This document shows, piece after piece, positions 50,014 through 60,892 of a stretch of 64,000 nt of DNA. The stretch covers positions 72,566 through 136,565 of the forward strand of contig DAOPJW010000003.1 in assembly GCA_035399865.1 (NCBI GenBank). Reading direction: 5' to 3'. This stretch comes from Candidatus Saccharimonadota bacterium (GTDB lineage: Bacteria > Patescibacteriota > Saccharimonadia > Saccharimonadales > Saccharimonadaceae). The number at the start of each line of letters is the position of its first letter. Positions within the stretch are counted from its first letter, which is position 1. The notes under the pieces are model-generated. The model ran no database searches. It was not told the origin of the DNA and was given only the letters and a program-made list of their open reading frames with translations. Position numbers and translations under genes: made by a program.

Positions 50014-50898
50014 GTGCTTATGGAAGAATTAATTATATATTTAGTTTTAATAATATTTGGTCTTTGTATGGGGAGTTTTGCAGGGGCATTAGTGTGGAGA
50101 CTAAGAGCCTTTCAATTAAAAGAAGAGAAAAATGATGGTGAAAAAATAAATGATAGTGAATATGAAAAACTAGAAAAACTTACGAAGAACAAAGTCAAGA
50201 ATGATTACTCTAGATGTTTAAATTGTTCGTATAAACTTAAATGGTACGATCTAATTCCATTATTTAGCTGGATATCCTTAAAGGGAAAATGCAGACATTG
50301 TCATAAAAAGATTGGCTACATGGAACCAGCAGTCGAATTATTTACAGCATTATTCTTTGTTTTGTCATATATATATTGGCCTGAAAGTTTAAATACATTT
50401 TTTGGCTTTACTAGTTTCATATTGTGGTTAATCGCAGGCGTAGGATTGGCTGTCCTTTTTGTCTACGATGTTAAGTGGTATTTACTGCCAAACAGGGTAT
50501 CTAAGTTTGTATTGTTCGTCGGTATTATAAACTCATTGATTGTTCTAGTGCAATCAAATGATAAGTTTCATTCAATTATTAGCATATTATTTGCTTTATT
50601 TATACTTAGTGGTTTGTATTGGATATTGCACAAAATATCTAAAGGGAAGTGGATTGGTTTTGGTGATGTTGAGCTAGGTCTTGGACTAGCTTTGATGTTA
50701 GCCGACTGGAGATTGGCTTTCATAGCACTATTTATGGCAAATTTCATCGGTTGTTTAATAGTATTACCTCCACTTCTAGCAGGAAAATTAGAACGTAATT
50801 CAAAAATTCCTTTCGGCCCACTACTTATAATCGGATTCATATTTGCAAAATTAGCAGGTATGTATTTAATTAACCTATATTTTTATAGCCTAATATAG
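50014..50898 (+). CDS. pilD: prepilin peptidase (A24 family)
   Basis: N-terminal CxxC...CxxC region (CLNCSYKL, CRHCHKK), multiple TM helices, and GFGDVELG and PFGPLL aspartyl-protease motifs. Confidence 0.88.
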   Translation: MLMEELIIYLVLIIFGLCMGSFAGALVWRLRAFQLKEEKNDGEKINDSEYEKLEKLTKNKVKNDYSRCLNCSYKLKWYDLIPLFSWISLKGKCRHCHKKIGYMEPAVELFTALFFVLSYIYWPESLNTFFGFTSFILWLIAGVGLAVLFVYDVKWYLLPNRVSKFVLFVGIINSLIVLVQSNDKFHSIISILFALFILSGLYWILHKISKGKWIGFGDVELGLGLALMLADWRLAFIALFMANFIGCLIVLPPLLAGKLERNSKIPFGPLLIIGFIFAKLAGMYLINLYFYSLI

Positions 50899-50936
50899 GT
50901 TATAAGTTATTATGCTTATGTTATAATCATAATCAA

Positions 50937-51668
50937 ATGAAGCTAATTAATAGAGACGGTTTTACTATTATTGAAACTATGTTGTTTCTAGGTATATCTG
51001 CATTATTGATAACTGGAATTTTGGTTGGTACTGGTACGTCAATAAATAATCAGAGATATCGTGATAGCGTATCATCTCTCCAATCATTTTTTAGACAACA
51101 ATACTCAGAGGTTTCAAATGTTGATAATGATAGATTAACAATGAACGAATGTAATGGAGAAATTGTCGCAATCGGACAATCTGATTGCGTAATTCTCGGC
51201 AAATTTCTTACTGTAAATGATATTAATAATAGTAATGAAATTGTATCAAAAACAGTAATTGGTATTACACCTAGTGGAATAAATTTTGCTAATAATGATA
51301 TTGATTCATTCAAGCAATATAATATCAGTATATCGTCATTAGAAGGACAGACCTACAAACTGGAATGGGGAGCGTCCTTGGTTGATACTGCTGATAATCA
51401 TAATAAACCGATTGTTTTTTCGATGCTAATACTTCGTTCGCCTTTGAGTGGGGTGATAAGGACATTCGTACATTCAAATAACAGCAGTCCTATCGGTGAT
51501 GGAAATATAGTAGATATCCTTACTGAAGCAGGCTCAATTGAAAGACAAACTAAGTTATGTATAAACTCCAATGGTTTATTTACTGGTCCGAAATCAGCTG
51601 TGATAATTATGCCGAATGCAACTGGGCCGAGTGGTATTGAGACTTTAGGAGAATCAAGCGGATGCTAG
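50937..51668 (+). CDS. pilin-like protein (minor pilin candidate)
   Basis: Prepilin signal NRDG|FTIIETMLFLGISALL. Confidence 0.7.
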   Translation: MKLINRDGFTIIETMLFLGISALLITGILVGTGTSINNQRYRDSVSSLQSFFRQQYSEVSNVDNDRLTMNECNGEIVAIGQSDCVILGKFLTVNDINNSNEIVSKTVIGITPSGINFANNDIDSFKQYNISISSLEGQTYKLEWGASLVDTADNHNKPIVFSMLILRSPLSGVIRTFVHSNNSSPIGDGNIVDILTEAGSIERQTKLCINSNGLFTGPKSAVIIMPNATGPSGIETLGESSGC

Positions 51669-52333
51669 TTAAAAAGAGTAGTTATTTCAGTGGCGATACT
51701 ATGATTGAAGTTTTATTTGCAGTATCAATATTTAGTTTACTAGCAGTATGCTGTCTGTCCATAATGAATCAGGGAACTTCAACTGCCCAACGTTCGTTAG
51801 AAATAACACTTGTACGCCAAGAGATTGATTCACAAGCAGAAATTTTAAGATATCTTAATGAGGCTTATGCTTCAAGCTACCAATCAGGCACAAGTTATAG
51901 TGAATATTTTGATAGCGCAGGAGAGATTGATAAACCTGCTGGTCAATGGGCATATATGATGAAAAATTTAGATGATAATTATTCAAAAAGTTCTGCATCA
52001 GACTTTGCCTCTTTGAAAGATGGCAGATGTCCAGATTTACCTCCTGGTAGTTTTATCATGAATACTAGAAAAATACAGTACATTAATCCTGAGTCTACAT
52101 CCAATATTTTCAAAGATGCTGTTACTTTTTCTCAAGTACGTTATAACGAAATAAATAATAATGTTTATGAATCACAAGGTATTTGGGTTGAAGCTATTCA
52201 TAAAACATTCACTGACGAACAGAAAAATTCAGGCTATGTTGATTTTCATATAAGAGCATGTTGGGAAGATCCTAGTCAAGAAATTCCAATGACTTTAGGT
52301 ACTATTGTGAGGTTATATGAACCACGTGGATAA
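51662..52333 (+). CDS. pilin-like protein with an atypical N-terminus
   Basis: YFSG|DTMIEVLFAVSIFSLL keeps the Gly(-1), Glu(+5) and hydrophobic-helix layout but has Asp at +1. Confidence 0.5.
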   Translation: MLVKKSSYFSGDTMIEVLFAVSIFSLLAVCCLSIMNQGTSTAQRSLEITLVRQEIDSQAEILRYLNEAYASSYQSGTSYSEYFDSAGEIDKPAGQWAYMMKNLDDNYSKSSASDFASLKDGRCPDLPPGSFIMNTRKIQYINPESTSNIFKDAVTFSQVRYNEINNNVYESQGIWVEAIHKTFTDEQKNSGYVDFHIRACWEDPSQEIPMTLGTIVRLYEPRG

Positions 52334-53093
52334 AAAAAGAGGTTTTACGATAATCGAATTAATGTTAGCCATGACATTTGTTTCAGTTTTATTAATTGCT
52401 ATTGCAATGACGGTAATTCAAATGGGTAAGATATATAATCGGGGATTGATGTTAAAAGAAGTGAATGAATCAGCGCGTTTATTAGCGAGTGATTTACAGC
52501 GAAATATCGCATCCAGTAATCCATTCAGTATTGACCCTGATGTCGGCGACCTTTATGAAGATGTAGTAGTTGAAAGCTATTACTTGCCGATGAAAAGTGG
52601 TACTAAAGAATATGGCGGTAGATTATGTCTAGGACGATACAGTTATATTTGGAATTATGGAAAATATATTAACGATAGTACGATAATAAAGTTAAATTCT
52701 TATTCTGATGAGTCTGGTAAAATAATTAACTTTGTAAAAATATATGACCCTTCAGCAATCTATTGTACGACCAGTTCGAATAAACAAATAATGTATCACG
52801 CCACAAATGACGAGGAACCGATTGAATTAATTGGAAGTGGTGATTATGATTTATCAATTCATGATTTTAAAATTTTATCTTTAGATACAGACGGTGACAC
52901 AAGAACTGGTCAAAAAATATATAACATCACATTCGTTATAGGTACAAATGATCAGATAGCCATCGACTATCAATTAGGTGTAGATGCAAAATGTAAAACA
53001 CCTAGTGAAATTGGTGATGATCATACATACTGTTCAATTAATAAATTTAGTATAGTTGCTCGTTCAGGTAGTTCAGTGGAATCAAATTGGTAG
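52317..53093 (+). CDS. pilin-like protein (minor pilin candidate)
   Basis: Prepilin signal KKRG|FTIIELMLAMTFVSVLL. Confidence 0.7.
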   Translation: MNHVDKKRGFTIIELMLAMTFVSVLLIAIAMTVIQMGKIYNRGLMLKEVNESARLLASDLQRNIASSNPFSIDPDVGDLYEDVVVESYYLPMKSGTKEYGGRLCLGRYSYIWNYGKYINDSTIIKLNSYSDESGKIINFVKIYDPSAIYCTTSSNKQIMYHATNDEEPIELIGSGDYDLSIHDFKILSLDTDGDTRTGQKIYNITFVIGTNDQIAIDYQLGVDAKCKTPSEIGDDHTYCSINKFSIVARSGSSVESNW

Positions 53094-53105
53094 GAGGTAT
53101 AAGAT

Positions 53106-54302
53106 ATGAAAAAAATAAAATTTAAACAAAATGGAGCAGTATCACTATTCGTAGTTATTTTTACCGCTTTGTTAATGACTGTCGTAACAGTAAGTTTTGT
53201 AAGAATTATGCTACAAGATCAAAAACAAGCCACTTCAACCGATTTGTCACAAAGTGCTTACGACTCAGCCCAGGCAGGTGTTGAAGATGCAAAACGGGCA
53301 TTATTACTTTATCAAAGTATCTGTAATTCCTATGGTCATACCAGTGCAGATTGCATTGAAGCAACAAAAGCAATAAATTCTACAGAATGTAACGAGTCAG
53401 TCAGTATCTTAAAAGACATAAGGGATATTGTAAAAGAAGACGGTGTTAATATTGAGACTGGCAGTAATGATACTAAATTAAATCAATCTTATAGTTGTCT
53501 TAAAATAAATCTTAACACACCTGATTATCTTGGTGAGCTTAAAAAAGATGAATCAAAAGTCATACCATTAATCGGAGAAAAATATTTTGATACGGTTCAG
53601 ATTGATTGGTTCAATAATGTTGAAGGAAAAATAAAATTATATCCACTCTCAACATATTGGCCTTTAGTAACTACTGATTGGGGAGCGGATAACCCACCTA
53701 TTCTAAGATCACAATTCATCCAGTTCGCAGAATCTTTTAGGTTGACTGATTTTGATTATGCCAACAGTAGCACGTTATTTTTGTATCCGTTTGGTAATAC
53801 TGGAGTGTCATTTGATTCGGTCGGTTCTGTCTCAAATACAAAAGATATCTCATTAATTGATTTTAGAAGGACTCCTACTGGTAAACCGACACCTATTAGG
53901 TGCTCGGGAACTATTTCTAATGGTAGCTACGCTTGTAGTGCAAAAATCAAACTATCGAATCCAGCTAATTACGTTGCTGGAGGCGGTAGGGAATTGTATT
54001 TAAATCTAGCATCTATTAATAATCAGACAAACTATCGAGTTTCTTTATACGACAGTTCTCCGGCTGTACCAGAACTGATAAATTTTCATGCAGTCCAGCC
54101 ACAAATTGACTCAACAGGTAGGGCTAGTACTCTATATAGAAGAGTTGCTACCAGAGTAGAAATGACTGACATTAATTTTTCATATCCTGAAGCTGCCATT
54201 AATTTAACTGGTAATTTTTGTAAAGATTTTTCTATAACAGATAATCCGAATGATTTTAATCATGACTCTAGTGATTCATCTGTAGGTAAATGCACACCTT
54301 AA
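53106..54302 (+). CDS. PilX-N-like pilus-associated protein
   Basis: N-terminal KQNGAVSLFVVIFTALLMTV hydrophobic segment without Glu+5, as in PilX-type proteins. A 398-aa ORF and the last gene of the locus. Confidence 0.5.
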   Translation: MKKIKFKQNGAVSLFVVIFTALLMTVVTVSFVRIMLQDQKQATSTDLSQSAYDSAQAGVEDAKRALLLYQSICNSYGHTSADCIEATKAINSTECNESVSILKDIRDIVKEDGVNIETGSNDTKLNQSYSCLKINLNTPDYLGELKKDESKVIPLIGEKYFDTVQIDWFNNVEGKIKLYPLSTYWPLVTTDWGADNPPILRSQFIQFAESFRLTDFDYANSSTLFLYPFGNTGVSFDSVGSVSNTKDISLIDFRRTPTGKPTPIRCSGTISNGSYACSAKIKLSNPANYVAGGGRELYLNLASINNQTNYRVSLYDSSPAVPELINFHAVQPQIDSTGRASTLYRRVATRVEMTDINFSYPEAAINLTGNFCKDFSITDNPNDFNHDSSDSSVGKCTP

Positions 54303-54307
54303 AAAAG

Positions 54308-55231
54308 TTAATTTTGATTAGTAATTTCGCTGTGAAATTTATTATAAATTTCTTGAAGATGCTCGTCTGTTACGTGAGTGTATATTTGAGTAGTACTAAT
54401 ATTACTATGACCGAGCATTGCCTGAACACTACGTAAATCAGCACCATTCATTAGTAAATCGGTCGCAAAACTATGACGCATTGTATGGGGGCTAACTTGC
54501 TTAGTAATACCTGCAAGTCTCGAATATTGATTAATCATTCTTTGGATACTACGGGCACTTAATCGTCTGTAATTACCACTGTTACTCGGTTTATGATTTC
54601 GACTATAACTGATAAAAAGGGGTGGCAAATTATCTTTTCTTGAGTGTAAATAATTTTCAATATGATCGGCAGTATTTTCGCTAATAAATACTGGCCGATC
54701 CTTTTTGCCCTTTCCTCTTATCATGAATTCACGTCGCTTAGTATTTATATGATCTCTATTTAAATTTATTAACTCTGATACTCGAAGACCGCTGGAAAAT
54801 AATAGTTCAATAATCGCTCTATCACGTAGCCCTGATTCTGTTGATAAATTAATTTGTTCAATTAATCTTTCGATTTCATCTGGATACAAAAAAGTAACTT
54901 GGCGACGTGATATTTTTGGCAATTCAATTTTTTCTGATGACAAACTTACAATATCTCTTTTCGATAAATAATTCAAAAACCCCCGCAATGCTATGAGGTG
55001 GTAGAATTGAGTTAAGGTCGACAATTCATCGTCGTTGTAATTACGATAACGATTTAGCCATAATCTGTACCTTCTAACCATATCTGACGTAATTTTATCA
55101 ACAGTAATATCATTAGTGAATTCAACAAATCTTTCAAGGTACAGTTTATAGTTCGAGGCGGTACTGCTTGAGCGACCGCCTTCAACTTCTAAATGTTCAA
55201 TATAATCGATTATCAATTCTGATAAATACAT
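54308..55231 (-). CDS. tyrosine recombinase XerC/XerD family
   Basis: SAM-like N-domain and catalytic residues (RD..., HTMRHSFAT, LGHSNISTTQIYTHV). The ORF opens at 55276, but ATG 55231 gives the canonical N-terminus and lies 6 nt after a TATTCT box. Confidence 0.85.
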   Translation of the reverse strand: MYLSELIIDYIEHLEVEGGRSSSTASNYKLYLERFVEFTNDITVDKITSDMVRRYRLWLNRYRNYNDDELSTLTQFYHLIALRGFLNYLSKRDIVSLSSEKIELPKISRRQVTFLYPDEIERLIEQINLSTESGLRDRAIIELLFSSGLRVSELINLNRDHINTKRREFMIRGKGKKDRPVFISENTADHIENYLHSRKDNLPPLFISYSRNHKPSNSGNYRRLSARSIQRMINQYSRLAGITKQVSPHTMRHSFATDLLMNGADLRSVQAMLGHSNISTTQIYTHVTDEHLQEIYNKFHSEITNQN

Positions 55232-55338
55232 ATCACTAGAATACCAAAACCAAGGCAGTACTACAAAATTATTCAATTATTAATACATTACGTCATAGTG
55301 TATACTAAATTAAGATTATTCGCGAAAGGAGCGTATTT

Positions 55339-55866
55339 GTGCAAGAACTGGAAAGGACTTTAATACTAATTAAGCCTGATGCTATGCAGAGGGGACTTGT
55401 TGGGCAAATAATTACTCGTTTTGAAAGAGCAGGGTTAAAAATCGTAGCTATAAAAATGATTGCCCCTGATGAACTTCATTTTCATAAACATTATGAAGGA
55501 ATTAGTAATTTAATAAGTAGGTGGGGTGAAGATATATACAACATAGTATTATCTCAAATGACAGAAACGCCCGTAATAGCTTTTGTTTTAGAGGGAGTTG
55601 AAGCAGTTTTCTACGTACGAAAATTGGTTGGCACTACTGATCCAAAGGACTCTGCTCCAGGTACTATAAGGGGCGATTTTACACATATTACTAGAGAATT
55701 TACAAATAGATCTGGCTCGACTTTACCAAATATCGTACATGCATCAGGTAACCCAGAAGAAGCTGAACAGGAAATAGCTCTATGGTTCGATAAATCAGAA
55801 ATATACGGAGACTATCAAACTTCTCAAGAAGCTATTATTCGTGGTCACGTCCCAAAGGAAAAGTGA
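55339..55866 (+). CDS. ndk: nucleoside diphosphate kinase
   Basis: TLILIKPDA, GTIRGDF and NIVHASG (catalytic His). GTG start with AAGGAG 7 nt upstream. Confidence 0.9.
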   Translation: MQELERTLILIKPDAMQRGLVGQIITRFERAGLKIVAIKMIAPDELHFHKHYEGISNLISRWGEDIYNIVLSQMTETPVIAFVLEGVEAVFYVRKLVGTTDPKDSAPGTIRGDFTHITREFTNRSGSTLPNIVHASGNPEEAEQEIALWFDKSEIYGDYQTSQEAIIRGHVPKEK

Positions 55867-56003
55867 CTTAATTAAGCTATTGACGTTATAATAAGAAGCT
55901 GAGGGGTCTATTGTTTTATATTATTAGATATTATTTGTCATGTAATATTATGATTAGGCTATGAATATTTTAAAAAGTAATCTGTGCCAAAGATGGATAA
56001 TAA

Positions 56004-56080
56004 GCCTCGGTAGCTCAATTGGATAGAGCAGATCCGTCCTAAGGATAAGGTTGTAGGTTCGATTCCTGCCCGGGGTACCA
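56004..56080 (+). tRNA. tRNA-Arg (anticodon CCU), CCA encoded
   Basis: Manual cloverleaf: acceptor GCCTCGG/CCGGGGT (two G-U pairs), D arm GCTC/GAGC, anticodon loop GTCCTAA, T arm GTAGG-TTCGATT-CCTGC, discriminator A. Confidence 0.85.
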
Positions 56081-56116
56081 ACATACATAAGTAAAATATT
56101 AGGATAAAATACCTAT

Positions 56117-56674
56117 ATGACAAATAAGGAAAAAATTAAAAAAGAACAATTTGATTTTGAAGGACAACGAGAAGGCGAAAAATTACTTTTTGTTTTTAGA
56201 CGTCACATTATTGCTATGAGGAAGGGCTTCTATCTTTTACTCGGTGTATTTTTAGTAGCTTCTTTGCCAATGTTAATTTGGGGTTTATCCGTTGAATATG
56301 ATATTTTTATAAAACTGCTTTATCTTGCCTGTGGTGGATTTTTATTGGGTTTAATCCTATTCTTTTATCATTTTATGCTATGGTATTTTACAATTTATAT
56401 AGTGACCGATCAGAGGATAAGACAAATTACACAACGTGGTTTTTTTGGTAAGGATGTCGTTGAGCTAAGACTATCAAAGGTCCAGAACATAAGCTATAAA
56501 ATCCCAGGTTTTAGTGGCGAGGTATTTAAATTTGGTACTATTGTGATACAAACTTTTGTTGGTGATCTGGTAATAAACATGGTTGAGCATCCTGATAAAA
56601 TTTATAATAAGCTACAAGATGCTGTTAATAATGTAATTGATGATAGGGGTGAAAATGAAGAAATTATTTCTTAA
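56117..56674 (+). CDS. membrane protein with a bacterial PH (bPH_2, YdbS/YdbT-like) domain
   Basis: Two TM helices followed by a beta-rich segment (IYIVTDQRIRQI....VVELRLSKVQNISY) typical of bPH_2 proteins. Confidence 0.55.
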   Translation: MTNKEKIKKEQFDFEGQREGEKLLFVFRRHIIAMRKGFYLLLGVFLVASLPMLIWGLSVEYDIFIKLLYLACGGFLLGLILFFYHFMLWYFTIYIVTDQRIRQITQRGFFGKDVVELRLSKVQNISYKIPGFSGEVFKFGTIVIQTFVGDLVINMVEHPDKIYNKLQDAVNNVIDDRGENEEIIS

Positions 56675-57695
56675 GATTCGGAAAAACAAAGACGAACAAA
56701 GCCCATCTCGGATTACTAGTGAAACTGTTGCGGAACATAGGGAAAGGATATTGGCGGGAGGTAGAAGGTATAAATATCCTATTCAATACGCTAGGCACAA
56801 ATTGGTTATTAATACGATTGCAATAAGTGTTCTAGCCCTTACTGCTATTATAGCAGTTGGCTGGTGGCAACTTTATAAAGCTCAAAATACCAGTGAATTT
56901 ATTTATCGTGTCACAAGAGTAATACCAGCTCCAGTAGCTTCGGTTGATAAACATACTGTTTTATATTCAGATTATCTTATGAAATATATAAGCTCGGTCC
57001 ATTATTTAAAAAAGATTGAACAAGTAAGCTTGAAAACTGATGATGGAAAAAGGCAAGTTGAATATATCAAAGAGAAATCCCTTCAAGATGCAATTGCTGA
57101 TTCCTACGCTAGTAAGCAAGCAAAAACTATCGGTTTATCTGTTGACAACAAAGAACTTGAGTTGTTTATAAAAGAACAAAGACAATCAAGTGATGGTGAA
57201 TTATCTGAAAAAACTTATTATACGGTGATTATGGATTATTATGGCTGGAGTCCTTCTGAGTGGCGTTATGTAATGAAACAAAAACTTCTTCGTCAAAAAG
57301 TTGCCTATGAAATGGACAAAGAAGCTCTAAAATATGCTAATGAAATTAAGAAAGCATTGGATGTAAATCCAACTTCTGACCTAAAAACGTTGGCTGATTC
57401 TTATGCCAATCAATCCAATTTGGAAATAAGTTTCAGTAGTTCAGGTTGGGTTCCTAAGGATAATCAAGATGGTGGTCTGGCTTTGATAGCATCAAAAATG
57501 GGCAAGAATCAAATTTCTGATTTCGTAAAATCTACTGTTGGTGATGGCTATTATATTATTAAACTCAAAGATGTGAATGAAACAAAAGTAAATTATGACT
57601 ACATCAAAATACCGTTAACAGTGTTTGATAATGCGTTAAAGAAAGTTGAAGAAGCTGGTAAAATAGAACGCTACATATCTATTAAAAAAGTATAA
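56655..57695 (+). CDS. SurA-N/PrsA-like chaperone or parvulin-like protein, membrane anchored
   Basis: TM anchor, a SurA_N-like helical region and a C-terminal ...GDGYYIIKLKDV parvulin-like end. ATG 56655 is preferred over the caller's 56637. Confidence 0.5.
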   Translation: MKKLFLKIRKNKDEQSPSRITSETVAEHRERILAGGRRYKYPIQYARHKLVINTIAISVLALTAIIAVGWWQLYKAQNTSEFIYRVTRVIPAPVASVDKHTVLYSDYLMKYISSVHYLKKIEQVSLKTDDGKRQVEYIKEKSLQDAIADSYASKQAKTIGLSVDNKELELFIKEQRQSSDGELSEKTYYTVIMDYYGWSPSEWRYVMKQKLLRQKVAYEMDKEALKYANEIKKALDVNPTSDLKTLADSYANQSNLEISFSSSGWVPKDNQDGGLALIASKMGKNQISDFVKSTVGDGYYIIKLKDVNETKVNYDYIKIPLTVFDNALKKVEEAGKIERYISIKKV

Positions 57696-57707
57696 TTATA
57701 ATAATTT

Positions 57708-59980
<2,273 letters not shown>

Positions 59981-60014
59981 ATAAAAAAAGTCACTTACTT
60001 CGTGACATTTTTAT

Positions 60015-60090
60015 TGGCGGGCCCGACCGGACTTGAACCGGCGATCTCCTCCGTGACAGGGAGGCGTGATAACCACTACACTACGAGCCC
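60015..60090 (-). tRNA. tRNA-Asp (anticodon GUC), CCA encoded
   Basis: The reverse complement folds as GGGCTCG...CCTCC-CTGTCAC-GGAGG...GCCGG-TTCAAGT-CCGGT-CGGGCCC-G-CCA. Confidence 0.9.
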
Positions 60091-60196
60091 AATTAATAAT
60101 TAACTCTAGTATGATACCAGTTTACGTTATTTTTCGCAACAGCGTGATTTTTAATGATTTACAGAATAAAATGTTATAATGTATCTGATCAATTAT

Positions 60197-60272
60197 GCCG
60201 CTGTAGCTCAGCTGGTAGAGCGACGCTTTCGTAAAGCGTAGGTCTCCGGTTCAATTCCGGACAGCGGCTCCA
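60197..60272 (+). tRNA. tRNA-Thr (anticodon CGU), discriminator U73, CCA encoded
   Basis: Perfect cloverleaf: GCCGCTG/CAGCGGC, GCTC/GAGC, ACGCT-TTCGTAA-AGCGT, TCCGG-TTCAATT-CCGGA. Confidence 0.93.
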
Positions 60273-60296
60273 GAATTTTTTAAAATACATCATAGA

Positions 60297-60385
60297 GTAG
60301 ATCATAGATATCGGTATTAGGTATCTGATGAGAATCGGCAGACACCTGAAACATAGATACTATGCTAGTAAAATCTATGATCTAC
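60297..60385 (+). other. 89-nt nested inverted repeat (possible structured RNA or small element) 25 nt downstream of tRNA-Thr
   Basis: A 13-bp perfect outer stem (GTAGATCATAGAT / ATCTATGATCTAC) and a 7-bp inner stem (GGTATCT / AGATACT). Confidence 0.4.
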
Positions 60386-60511
60386 AGAATCATATTAAAT
60401 TAAAATTAAGCATTTATCAAGTACAAATATAAAAAATGTTCAATTTAATTGATTTTATTGTCAGTATAATAGTTACTCAGAGGAAAAAGTGATAGAATAA
60501 AGCTATCTTAT

Positions 60512-60889
60512 ATGAAGACTATTTTTATAGAATTTTTTAAAAAGCTTATATCTGACAGATATCTATTTTTTTTGATATTATTGTTATTTTTACTTTCTTT
60601 AATTTCATCAATATTTATCGGTTTATCAATAAAAGTAAGCGAATTACAATTAGTATCTCATTACACGGCCTATGGTACGACGAATTTTTATACTGATCAA
60701 TGGTATTATCTTCTATTATTTATAGTATTTCAGCTGTTATTGGCTTTTTTTCACTCTGTGATTGCGATAAAGTTGTCTGAAGTAAGAGGTCGATCTATCG
60801 CAATAATGTTTATTTGGCTTGGTATCTGTTTAGTAATTCTGGGTTGGATCACTGCAGATTCGGTTATTAATGTTTATACTTCACTTTAA
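60512..60889 (+). CDS. small polytopic membrane protein
   Basis: A 125-aa ORF with four hydrophobic segments, 3 nt upstream of the GT2 gene. Confidence 0.5.
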   Translation: MKTIFIEFFKKLISDRYLFFLILLLFLLSLISSIFIGLSIKVSELQLVSHYTAYGTTNFYTDQWYYLLLFIVFQLLLAFFHSVIAIKLSEVRGRSIAIMFIWLGICLVILGWITADSVINVYTSL

Positions 60890-60892
60890 AAT

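Noticed and set aside
60325-60352. A hammerhead-ribozyme-like core: CTGATGAG at 60325-60332 and GAAAC at 60348-60352, inside the hairpin downstream of tRNA-Thr.
   Set aside because: The 15-16 nt between the two boxes cannot form helix II (at best 2 bp). An extra T precedes GAAA. The flanks pair in a way that consumes part of the CUGAUGA box. The resemblance is fortuitous.
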